Part shown: one piece after another, positions 52,200 to 64,000 of the stretch
Layout of the letters: each line of letters starts with the position of its first letter
Position numbering within the stretch: the first letter of the stretch is position 1
Assembly (NCBI GenBank): GCA_002269645.1
Contig: NIVC01000104.1
Span: 124,001 to 188,000, forward strand
Source: Macrostomum lignano
Lineage: Eukaryota
Reading direction: 5' to 3'
DNA: 64,000 nucleotides
Program-made: the position numbers and the translations under genes
Notes under the pieces: model-generated
The model's input: the letters and a program-made list of their open reading frames with translations, nothing else
Databases searched by the model: none
What the model was told of the DNA's origin: nothing

Positions 52200-52840
52200 T
52201 CACCCTTGCGGCTGTCCCAGCTCGGCCAGGTACTGCCGGTGATGCCAGATCACGGCCAGCGGCAGGAAGTTGGCCGGATGCCCAGCACCAAGCAGCTGAT
52301 GGTCGGCGCCCCCAGCAGCAGCTTCACATTGGAGGTGCAGCGTATCACATTGACCGACAGCAGCGCATAGAAGGACACTACGTAGACGGCGGTCAGACAC
52401 AGCAGCCCAACGCCCAGTCCGAGTAGCGCTTTCAACAGGCGCTCATTCGACCTGAGCGTCCGCAGGGTGTACATCACCAGGCAAATTGTCGACAAGCTGA
52501 GCTGCCCGATGCCAACGAACAGCGCCAGGCCTGGCCGGACAGTTACGCATGAGTGCGACACTTCCAGCGATCCGACCACGAAGACGAACAAGCCGTGCAC
52601 TAGTAGAACCAGACCACAGGCGCCCACCTTGGCGAAGTCGGCGTTGATGAGTGCAGCCTCGCCAGAGCTGGGCTCATAACCGGCGTACCGCTTCTGCAGT
52701 GCTCCGTTGCCCAGCTCGCCGCGCGGGTTCCCCAGCCCGAAGGCGCTCGAGCCACTGCCGGTGATGTCGCGAGACCGGCTAAGACCCCGGCCAATTGAGG
52801 CCAAGCTGTTGTTTCTTGAGGCCGGGTACACCGAGGTCAT
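52200..52840 (-). CDS. Unassigned multi-pass (probably 4-TM) membrane protein, intronless; 196 aa as assembled, about 213 aa with a +1 correction near 52275
   Basis: GC-rich island with coding-like codon use and hydrophobic segments GACGLVLLVHGLFVFVVG, LALFVGIGQLSLSTICLVMY, LLGLGVGLLCLTAVYVVSFYALL and ISCLVLGI+ANFLPLAVIW (the last split across two frames). No family was recognised. Confidence 0.65.
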
Positions 52841-53221
52841 GGCTTCGCGTATCGACAGTCGGATTTGAGCTTTGCTCTGCGCCTCTGCGTCTTAAAACTT
52901 TTCTAGCAATCGATAGCGGAAGAGAAGAGGGATGGAGAAGGCGAATGGCGGGAGCTCTCTAATTGGTTCATAATGCTTTCTCCTCTTTGGCTCATTATTA
53001 AGTCGCAGAATGCGCCATCACTGCCTAACTTGCTCGGTGAGAAAAGTGTCATAAAATAATTAGTCTTCAAATGCTACTTTAGAATGGCATCGATCATTAG
53101 ATTGAGTTTATGGAATATGTACTATTGTAGTTTCAAAAGTGCAGCATGTACTTAACAAAAGAGTAAAGGGATTTCAGAACATAATAGTTTACTTTTTGTG
53201 TAAGCGTTTGACTGCGTGAGA

Positions 53222-55083
53222 GTTAGGCGCCGTGGAACCAATTTTGGCGCTCCCTGACATCATTACCGTTTGAGGCACCGTGGAACCAATTTTGGTGCTC
53301 CCTGACATCATTACCGTTTGAGGCGCCGTGGAACCAGTTTTGGCGCTCCCTGACATCATTACCGTTTGAAGCGCCGTGGAAACAGTTTTGGCGCTCCCTG
53401 ACATCATTACCGTTTGAGGCGCCGTGGAACCAGTTTTGGTGCTCCCTGACATCATTACCGTTTGAGGCGCCGTGGAACCAGTTTTGGTGCTCCCTGACAT
53501 CCACCGTTTGAGGCGCCGTGGAACCAGTTTTGGTGCTCCCTGACATCATTACCGTTTGAGGCGCCGTGGAACCAGTGTTGGCGCTCTCTGACATCCACCG
53601 TTTGAGGCACCGTGGAACCAGTTTTGGCGCTCCCTGACATCCACCGTTTGAGGCACCGTGGAACCAGTTTTGGCGCTCCCTGACATCCACCGTTTGAGGC
53701 ACCGTGGAACCAGTTTTGGCGCTCCCTGACATCCACCGTTTGAGGCACCGTGGAACCAGTTTTGGCGCTCCCTGACATCCACCGTTTGAGGCGCCGTGGA
53801 ACCAGTTTTGGCGCTCCCTGACATCCACCGTTTGAGGCACCGTGGAACCAGTTTTGGCGCTCCCTGACATCCACCGTTTGAGGCACCGTGGAACCAGTTT
53901 TGGCGCTCCCTGACATCCACCGTTTGAGGCACCGTGGAACCAGTTTTGGCGCTCCCTGACATCCACCGTTTGAGGCACCGTGGAATCAGTTTTGGCGCTC
54001 CCTGACATCCACCGTTTGAGGCACCGTGGAACCAGTTTTGGCGCTCCCTGACATCCACCGTTTGAGGCGCCGTGGAACCAGTTTTGGCGCTCCCTGACAT
54101 CCACCGTTTGAGGCGCCGTGGAACCAGTGTTGGCGCTCTCTGACATCATTACCGTTTGAGGCGCCGTGGAACCAGTTTTGGCGCTCCCTGACATCCACCG
54201 TTTGAGGCGCCGTGGAACCAGTGTTGGCGCTCTCTGACATCATTACCGTTTGAGGCGCCGTGGAACCAGTTTTGGCGCTCCCTGACATCCACCGTTTGAG
54301 GCGCCGTGGAACCAGTGTTGGCGCTCTCTGACATCATTACCGTTTGAAGCGCCGTTGAAACAGTTTTGGCGCTCCCTGACATCCACCGTTTGAGGCGCCG
54401 TGGAACCAGTTTTGGCGCTCCCTGACATCCACCGTTTGAGGCGCCGTGGAACCAGTGTTGGCGCTCTCTGACATCATTACCGTTTGAGGCGCCGTGGAAC
54501 CAGTTTTGGCGCTCCCTGACATCCACCGTTTGAGGCACCGTGGAACCAGTTTTGGCGCTCCCTGACATCCACCGTTTGAGGCACCGTGGAACCAGTTTTG
54601 GCGCTCCCTGACATCCACCGTTTGAGGCACCGTGGAACCAGTTTTGGCGCTCCCTGACATCCACCGTTTGAGGCACCGTGGAACCAGTTTTGGCGCTCCC
54701 TGACATCCACCGTTTGAGGCACCGTGGAATCAGTTTTGGCGCTCCCTGACATCCACCGTTTGAGGCACCGTGGAACCAGTTTTGGCGCTCCCTGACATCC
54801 ACCGTTTGAGGCGCCGTGGAACCAGTTTTGGCGCTCCCTGACATCCACCGTTTGAGGCGCCGTGGAACCAGTGTTGGCGCTCTCTGACATCATTACCGTT
54901 TGAGGCGCCGTGGAACCAGTTTTGGCGCTCCCTGACATCCACCGTTTGAGGCGCCGTGGAAACAGTTTTGGCGCTCCCTGACATCATTACCGTTTGAAGC
55001 GCCGTGGAAACAGTTTTGGCGCTCCCTGACATCATTACCGTTTGAAGCGCCGTGGAAACAGTTTTGGCGCTCCCTGACATCAC
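53222..55083. repeat. 46/48-bp minisatellite, about 40 copies (GAGGCGCCGTGGAACCAGTTTTGGCGCTCCCTGACATCCACCGTTT)
   Basis: Direct observation; includes a 744-bp block duplication. Confidence 0.97.
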
Positions 55084-55148
55084 TCATTTTAGCCGCGGCG
55101 GAATCCCATCGGGTTAAAAAAACTAACTCTTAGGCACGTTAGACACTT

Positions 55149-55153
<5 letters not shown>

Positions 55154-55243
<90 letters not shown>
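55154..55243. repeat. (CT)n microsatellite
   Basis: Direct observation. Confidence 0.97.
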
Positions 55244-56379
55244 AACCACGTTGTTTAATTTAGCTGTCTCAGTCACGCCCTCAATTACGATTACAAGTAA
55301 TCAATCAAATCTTGATTAAGGCTGCTTAGGTCTCAGTTCACTTATTTTGCCTTCCTTCATGCCTGGGCGTGTCCTCTTGATCTGACAACTGATTCAAAGT
55401 TTCCAGCCGAGTTGAACGCTTTACTTCTATTTTTGTTAACAAACGGGCGATCAATCTAGACGAAACTTAAGGCCAAGACTGTGTAAGAATATGATTCCTT
55501 ATAGAAAGCAAATAATTAGGCTCGAGGGACTGAACCGGTTTACATTCAAGGTAGCTCAACTTCAAGGATTTGTCGTGAATATCAGTGCAGGGTGCAACTA
55601 CTATCATAAGAGCTGTGAGTTAGTGTCAGGGGTGCTGGAGCTGCTGTCAGATGAGTCTTGAGTTAGTAGTGTCAGCGTCAGGGCTGTTAGAGCTAGTGTC
55701 AGGCAAGCCGCAGTCAATAAATGTCAGAGCTAATGGTCTAACCGTGCTGAATATCACATCACATTCCCTAATCTTCCTTGACATTTTCTTTCGAAAAAAA
55801 TTTACAGAGTATCAAAATTTAAGCACTCCAAATACTCTGGATAAGCCAATATGCTAGCCAATTCAAATATACTTTCAGTCATTCCGTTTCTTTACTTAAT
55901 CCCGTTGCCCTTTACAATGCTGAGGCCCTGGGAAAGCGAGGAATAGCTAGACACAATGGGATAATTTCTCTATTTAATAGGAAGCTAAGCCAACAGTATC
56001 GAGATATACTGCAGCATTCATCAATGGACAGATTAGTGAGTTCTATAATCTTCTACGCTTGATTGGAGCCTGACAGAAATATTGGATAGAATGCGAACTT
56101 TGAGCTGACAAAGGGAAATCTGTCAATATTGTTATATACCGGTAGAGAGAAACTACTAGCGTCGTCTAGACTTTATGAATAGTTCCCGTAAACGACCCCC
56201 CCCCTTTTCTGTAGCAGAGATCTGTAAACAGGCCAGCTGCAGCCAGTCCATAATAATCGATTTCCCGACTCTGCGAGAAGATCCCGCAGAGCACTTTTTC
56301 GGCGCGTTAGTCAGCCTTTTCATTAAGTATCTCAGCACTAGTTGAAAGCATCCTAAATAAACAGTCATTTGTTTGAGTC

Positions 56380-56930
56380 AATCTTCAGCTGAGTAAGTTG
56401 TTTGACTCAGTCCTTTTTCCAGTAGATTTTTTGTCTGCTTAGTCCTTTAATTGAGTGGCTCTTTGGTTGAGTAGTCTCTCGGTCCAGTAGTCATTCGATC
56501 GAGTATTCCCTTGATCCAATGGTCATTTGGTTGAGTAGTCTTTGACCAAGTAGTCATTTAGCTGAGTAGTCTCTTGATCCAGTATAGTCTTCTGAACAAG
56601 TGGTTTTTGTTTGACTGGAGCTTCTATCGAGTAGGAGTTTCCTCAAGTAGTCATTTTGTCGAGTAGTCACTCGACCGAGAAGTCATTTGACCGAGTAGGT
56701 CTTTTGACTGAGTAGGTCTTTTGAGTAGTAATTTGGTCGAGTAATCATTTGACCGAGTAGATCATTTGACCGAGTAGGTCTTTTGAGTAGTAATTTGGTC
56801 GAGTAATCAGTTGACCGAGTAGTCATTTGTTCACGTAGTTCTTTGGTTGAGTAGTCTTTTGGTCTAGAAGCTTGTTAGTTAAATTGCCTGTTGGTCAATA
56901 AGTCTCTTGGTCAAGTACATGTAGTCCTCT
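56380..56930. repeat. Degenerate 16-18-bp repeat (GAGTAGTCATTTGACC-like)
   Basis: Recurrent GAGTAG(T/G)C core. Confidence 0.7.
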
Positions 56931-58765
56931 AGTACTCTTAACTCAGAGTCAAAAATACAAGTATACTACATGTATATTGACAATTTGTATTCTAATGCCT
57001 AACACGAATGATCTCAATAAGTCGTTATTCGTCAGACAAAGGGAAACAGATCAGAAGATTAGAACAATCAGTAAATTTCCAACCTTAGACTGCTAGTATG
57101 CACTGAATGGGAAGCTTTTGTGTCTTTCAAAATGCACTGACAATGAGAATTGTAATAATGAGAACAATGTATTTAGACAGGTTTAGCTTTCATGCCCCCC
57201 CTCTTGCGAACACCCTGATTTCCTGTTCATGTCGACGAACAAAAGAGCAACTTCTTTAATTGCTTTTTTCTTTGTTACAAAAATTAACTAGAGACAGTTC
57301 GTGAAAGTCGTAGGGTTAAATGTCTATCGTAGTATAAAGCAGTGTACATGCCTGACGATTAGAAAGTTAGGGGCGCTGTACACCCTTCCACCTACTGCTA
57401 GTAGAAAGTAAAGTATCTGATATTCTTCAGCCGAATCTCATTAGCGCTAATGGCCCCTGCCCGCCTCGCGTTCCAAGCCTTTAAAAACCAAGTCAGCAAC
57501 TGTTCTGAACTTGTCACACAAGTCATGAATGACATAATTTCTGCATCAAGATTAACCGCACAGGCTTTACAAAGTCCAGTCAAGTACAGGTAAGATCCGG
57601 CACATATCAAATGGCTTTCTTGCCAAACAATCCATCATTTGTCTTCGTGTGTTGAATACATCCCTCTGCAATCCTACAAGAGCTCGATAGAGTGTTGGGT
57701 CCATCTTGATAAGCATTTTTGTCTACACACCTATTCGCAAATGAATGGGCTTTGCTAGACTTGCCATCTAGTAGCGAGCCAATGCCCTGTATCCATGAGG
57801 AAATTTGGCTTTAGAATTTGTCGGCAACATCAAAGGAATCTTTGTATATGTGCGCTCAGCAGAATCGAACCAGCAACTGATAATTCTACACCAAAGCGAA
57901 CCAGCACAGGTAAGGACACACCGGCTGCGCAGAGAGTAAACGCATGCAGGTTAAAGGCTGTAATGATCTATAGAAACGACACTATAAAAGCTACCTACCG
58001 TAAAAGCCTCTGGAGAATTTTTACAGTGTATCTCTCCCTGGTCTTACCTTTCCCAATTATGAGAGGTTTCGAGCTTTAACCTGCAGAGCAGGTACCTACT
58101 TGTTGGCTGCTGCCAATTCTTCTTACCTGTCAAAACGAGAGTGAAGAGCCAAGAGGAAATTCTCTGTCAGCGTCACTTAGGTTGCTGCAGACTAATTATT
58201 TAATACCTGCCTAGCAACTTAGCTACCCCATGCAAATTAACTTCAAATGGAAGGTTTCTACTAGGAGACGTCGTCAAAAAAATTCAACCCATATCAGAGA
58301 TCAGGTCAGTTGACCCCTCATCTACGAAGCCAATATACATAGTCAGAGGTCAATTGACCCCTCATCTATGAAACAAATGCAGATGATAATCACGAAGGTC
58401 ATTTGAGCCCTCATAAGTTATGATGAACTGAAAAATATCTTAGTTTGCATTGCTTGGATTCTCTGGCTATAAATTTGTTGAAATTGAGAAGAAAAACTCC
58501 TTTAATTCCTTTATCTGACGAGAAGCTCGCGTCTAGAGTCTCGGGATTTGTGGGATTATCTTCCCGCTGTCACCTCCGCAGTTTCATGCCAGGACGGGTC
58601 GATCATGAGTGCCATATAAAGCCGTCGCAAAACTGACCCTCCTGAGGCATCCTTAATATTCATTTGAATTTTTAGACTTCGGGTAGAAAGCATTTCCTGA
58701 CGGTTCAGAGCAGCTAATTCAGAAAATCCATAACTTTAGAGATGGAAGTTAAGCTCAAAAGGGAA

Positions 58766-59192
<427 letters not shown>

Positions 59193-60019
59193 ATTCACAC
59201 ATGAATGACACACATAAATACCTACAATCGCAAGTCTATAGAGTTAAGCTGAAATTCCCAAAGCTAGAAATTAGCCCAGACAGAGGGAATCATTACTTGC
59301 GATGCTGACAGGATTTGCAGTCAGCCAATTCCAAATGCAGGCGACTTCCGTTTAACAAGCGACGGCTCTTCAGCAGGGCTGAAAAAGAAGAAGGCATTAA
59401 GGAGATGCAGAGCGAACACTTAAGTAGCGAGAAGAAGAGAAATTGGCAGAGAGCTCGCGCTTTACAGACGAGCCAACTACATTTAGGCCCATTGACGTTC
59501 TTTTTTATTTTGCCTCTTCTTCTCCAAGCTAAAGATCTAAAGCAAAACACGAACTAGGAGAAACTGCTAATAGTGCAAAGTTGCATAAAGCAAAATTTTT
59601 GTCTAGAACTGTCAGAGCCAGCTCACTTCATCGTATAGCGACAAAGTGCTTGTAAAAATTCTGTCGGTTCCTACAACCATACATATCGTTACGAGTATAT
59701 ATGCATATGCTTTGACACATTAAACCCATTTGCACCTATAAACTAATCTACAGAAACTCAACCCGGGGCTGAGATTGCCGCCACATTAATTTGGGGATCG
59801 TGAGCATGAAAGTTGGCCTGGGGCTTGTCGTGTCATTCACCAACCATCGTGGCACAGAGAAATCCTCGAGCTGTGCACCCTTGTGTGAGCGTGCTGCTTG
59901 CCTCTATTGTCGGGTCGAAAACCCTGTTTGATGTTCAATTTCAGAAGCATTGGAAGTCTTAAATGATCGAACTTGACCGGGTCAGCGACAATTGACTTCC
60001 TGCTGACCCCTAGGAATAA

Positions 60020-60555
60020 TCTAGCCTGAACCCTAACATAATCTCTAACTCTAACCTAAATCAAAATCCCAAACCTACCCTAACCCTATTTCTAATCTAA
60101 ACCATTTGACAATAACTTAAACCCAAACCTAAACCTAACAATAACCTAAACCCTAGCCCTAATCCTAAGCCCGAACCTTAAATTAAACCCTGAACCTAAC
60201 CCTAACCTAAATATATACTAACCTAAACACTAACCGGAACGCTGATCTAAACCCCTAGATCCTAAACGTAACCTAAATCCCCAGCTCCTTAACCTAAATC
60301 TAAACCCCAAGCCCCTAAATCTAGCCTAAACATCCAAATCCAAAACCTGACCTAAAATGCTAGATCCTAAACCTAACCAAAACCCCTAGATTCTAAACCT
60401 AAACCAAAACCCCTAGCTCCTAAACCTAACCTAAACCTAAACCCCTAGCTCCTAAACCTAACCTAAACCCATAGCTCCTAAACCTAACCTACATGTAAAC
60501 CCCCAGATCCTAAAACTAACCTAAACCCCTAGATCCTAAACCTAACCTAAACCGC
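60020..60555. repeat. Degenerate telomere-like CCTAA(A/C) tract
   Basis: CCCTAA and CCTAAA variants; the distal part is organised as about 25-30-bp units. Confidence 0.8.
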
Positions 60556-61214
60556 GACCTTAGGCGTCACGATGGCGAACAGCCAATCAGAGAGGCTCAA
60601 CGGTAGGGGTTATGATTTTATTATCCAGAGTGCTAGAGAGCTGCCCGTATATAGGCTGGCCAAAATGGCATTTAGCCTGGGGCACAGCTGACAGAAGTGG
60701 AGACGATACAGGCAGTACAGACGTCCTCGCGGGACCAAAGCGGAGCTCCGAGAATTTCAACTAAAAAAATGTGAGTCCACACTACTGAAAACTAGCTTAG
60801 CAATAATTTTTTATTACTGAAATTAATTTAGTTGGAGACAGAATTTTTATCTGCATGCGCATGGAGGGTCGAGATGGCTTCATTTGTGTTTGCACGGCTG
60901 TCTTGTTAATTATGAATAGGAAAAAAGTATGTTACCGGTTCCTAACGCTTAAATTAATTAGCTCGTATCTTTTCGTGGAAACAGGAATGAATATGAATTC
61001 AACAAAAATTGGAAAAATATTAGATTTAAACAAATTTTGCTTTTTGCTTTGCGACTCGAATTTTTATTCTTCTTCCCTGTAAACCTAATTTATCAAAAAA
61101 TGCTTTATGGTTACTCATTATAAACTTTTGTTATAGTATACAAATTCGTGATTGTTAAGTTTCAATGATTCACCGGCTCATAAATTTAAATTCGAAGATA
61201 TTAATTTTTTAGAA

Positions 61215-62040
61215 AGGGAGAGAGAGAGATCAAGCGGGGGAAAGAGATCAGGCGGGAGAAAGAGATCAAATGGAAGAAAGAGATCAAGTGGAAGAAAGAG
61301 AGATCAAGCGGAAGAAAGAGATCAAGCGGAAGAAAGAGATCAAGCGGGAGAGAGAGAGATCAAGCGGAAGAAAGAGATCAAGCGGAAGAAAGAGAGATCA
61401 AGCGGAAGACAGAGAGATCAAGTGGAAGAAAGAGATCAAGCGGAAGAAAGAGATCAAGCGGAAGAAAGAGATCAAGCGGAAGAAAGAGAGATCAAGCGGA
61501 AGAAAGAGATCAAGCGGGAGAGAGAGAGATCAAGTGGACGAAAGAGAGATCAATCGGAAGAGAGAGAGATCAAGTGGAAGAAAGAGAGATCAATCGGAAG
61601 AGAGAGATCAAATGGAAGAAAGAGATCAAGCGGAAGAGAGAGATCAAACGGAAGAAAGAGATCAAGCGGAAGAAAGAGATCAAGCGGGAGAGAGAGAGAG
61701 ATCAAGTGGAAGAAAGAGAGATCAATCGGAAGAGAGAGAGATCAAATGGAAGAAAGAGATCAAGCGGAAGAGAGAGATCAAGCGGAAGAAAGAGATCAAA
61801 CGGAAGAAAGAGATCAAGCGGGGGAGAGAGATCAAGCGGGAGAGAGATCAAGGGGGAGAGAGAGATCAAGCGGGAGAGAAAGAGATCAAGCGGGAGAGAG
61901 ATCAAGCGGGAGAGAAAGAGATCAAACGGGAGAGAGATCAAGCGGGAGAGAAAGAGATCAAGCGGGAGAGAGATCAAGCGGGAGAGAGATCAAGCGGGAG
62001 AGAGATCAAGCGGGAGAAAGAGATCAGGCGGGAGAGAAAT
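61215..62040. repeat. Purine-rich 18-20-bp minisatellite (GAGATCAAGCGGAAGAAA)
   Basis: Direct observation; source of the 316-aa and 260-aa charged ORFs. Confidence 0.95.
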
Positions 62041-63189
62041 TCAGGAAAGTGAAAGTAATTAAGATATCAAAGAAGAGTTGGAGTTGGGTTGAACGAGATT
62101 AAGCGATACGGAGTGAATTGGCTGCGATAAAGCTAGCTACATGTATAATATCGATGAATGATCGGCCCCATCTAGATAGTACAAATTGCTCTGCTATAGA
62201 AACAGTGTTATCATCATGAACTCTTAACTAAATAAATCAGCGCTTAAAACAGGTTTGCTATATAGCTAATAAACTAATTTGCAATCAACAATCAATCAAC
62301 AACTGCTCAGTATTTATATAGATTGCTGAGCCCATAGCAGAGCTAAGAAGCTGTCTGATCAACATAAAGAAGCATTCCGATAGCGCCTCGATCTACCAGT
62401 CGATGAAACGGTGATCAAAAAATGTTTTGCGTGGATTAGCATACACTTATGAAATAAATTGAGGCGTAAGGTTACGTATTTTCAATAGGCTTGATCGAGA
62501 CTAATAACTAATGCATCGGATAGCTATGATCATGATTAGGATTAGGGCTATAGCTACGAACGTAGTAACCATAACTCATTTCGTATGCAAGCTATACAAC
62601 ACGAAACTTTAATCTCATTTAGTAGTAATCTGCAAGTTAACATACTGAAGCTACTGAACAGTTTAAATCATTGAAATTGAAGAGAGAAAAACAGGAAATT
62701 GTAGAGTCAGACGCTCTCTGGCTGTGGGCAAAGCGAGAGGAAACATAAATCAGCGATACATGTATGCTCCATTCAGCATTCAATGGAAACGACCTCAGAA
62801 ATTTGTCGTCTCGTAGCACTGATTTACTGATATTGGACATGCGGACTTGTGAGTCAGAGAAAAGTCCACACAATACAATGGCACTTATTGGCTGTCAATT
62901 GCAATCACCCTGTCTGCAGCTGTGATGAATTTCAGAGAAGTTACATGTTGAGAGATAGGTCTTGGCTCTGTAGGAAGCAGCGAAACTATTTTTTTCTTAA
63001 CATTACTGAAGTCACTACAAAGGGCATGTAGCCATCCTCATGAGGAAATTTTGAGCAGCTGGAATCAAAACCGAACGAAGGGATGAAAGGAGATCCGGAT
63101 AGACGTGCTACGTGCTACATGCCTGTAAGCGAGACAGAAAAGAACGATACTGTTTTGGAGTTTAGTCTCTAAAATGCAATCCGGTTCGT

Positions 63190-64000
63190 TCAAGCCAGCG
63201 CAAGGCAATTGTAGCATTGGAGAGGCCAGAATGAAAGGGTTTCTTTGAGAGGCATTCAGCCCGAGTTCAAGTAGCTGGAAGGGAAGAAAAGGGATTAAGT
63301 TGGTTAGGGTGGTTGAGAAAATCGGCTTGAGTCCAGTTGGTCAATCCGGACACCAGATTAGACACCTAAACACGTGCTTGAACAAACCGCATCGCTAAGC
63401 CTATGGATTCAGTCAAGCCGAGTTAGGCGAACAGCGAGAAATCATTCCTTATCCACTCGTTTCTCCGCTCCCCATACGGCTGGTTCAGGGTTGGGTTAAT
63501 CAACGGCTCAAGCTACTATTTTAGCCGTTGCGGGGATTATTTCTGGTCTCTTCCCCTTCCTTAAGTAATTTACTTAGAAGAAAATTACTTAGAAGCGCTC
63601 GCGATTCAGGGACAAGGGACGATTCATAGTTGGATATTTCTTGACACTTTTGCGCGTCACAAATCAGGATTCAGGACGCTGCTGCAACTGATTTAGGACA
63701 CTCACAAAGAAGCCGTGGGACTGACAGCCTACATCCGTGATTTCACTTCTTACGCCCTCTGTTGATGTTGTTACTCCCATAGCATAGACGAGAGCTTCTC
63801 CTTTCATGTCCCAGCCTGCATAAGTAATTAGATAAGAAAATGATGAAATTGAACTTCAAATCATTTTAACAAATTTACAGACTCGATTGAGACAAGAAAA
63901 GAAAGCGCTTGACAACATGGGTGCTGCCACCAGCTCAGTTGACAATGCGTCCAATTGTTGGAATCACTCCATTACGGAAGAGCCGCTCTACAAAGGCCTG
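63190..64000 (+). mobile_element. Possible heavily decayed DIRS-type reverse transcriptase remnant
   Basis: Ordered weak motifs across frames: KAIVALERPE*KGFFER (resembles KGAIE...GFYSR), GKKRD (KKDG), IRHLNTCLNKP (LR.LN..L), YFWSLPLP (Y.F..LPFG) and AIQGQGTIHSWIFLD (QGI...YLDD). Confidence 0.35.

Noticed and set aside
53189-55087. MSGSAKTGST... repeat ORFs up to 323 aa
   Set aside because: A 46/48-bp satellite with no unique coding flanks.
55095-55120. piggyBac-like end GGG-TTAA after the 46-bp array
   Set aside because: No matching TTAA-CCC left end was found upstream of the array.
61152-62102. 316-aa and 260-aa charged ORFs
   Set aside because: A purine-rich minisatellite lacking stops by composition.

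Overview
Repeat-rich eukaryotic (metazoan) genomic DNA with GT-AG introns. The GC-rich exons and abundant minisatellites suggest a free-living flatworm such as Macrostomum, but that is inference only. I reconstructed seven protein-coding genes by hand. Five conserved housekeeping genes lie head-to-tail on the minus strand: SMARCB1/SNF5 (3 exons), TRPC4AP/TRUSS (10 exons), vezatin (intronless), STAM (3 exons) and an MPV17-family gene (intronless, runs off the window edge, absent from the ORF track). RNF11 (3 exons, plus strand) is divergent from SMARCB1, and an intronless orphan multi-TM gene lies at 52.2-52.8 kb. Mobile DNA includes a near-intact 3.2-kb Chapaev (CMC) DNA transposon (CAC...GTG ends, 125-bp TIRs, TGTC target duplication), a 500-bp foldback/MULE-like element inside a satellite, a TIR-bracketed 47-bp array, a Crypton-type tyrosine recombinase fragment, decayed hAT, mariner and DIRS-like pieces, and two tRNA-derived SINE families. 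More than 25 tandem arrays are present; nearly every large intron carries its own minisatellite. Most long ORFs in the supplied track are read-throughs of these arrays. Three apparent one-base frameshifts (transposase, STAM, TM gene) may be assembly errors. No CRISPR, rRNA or clearly functional tRNA was found.
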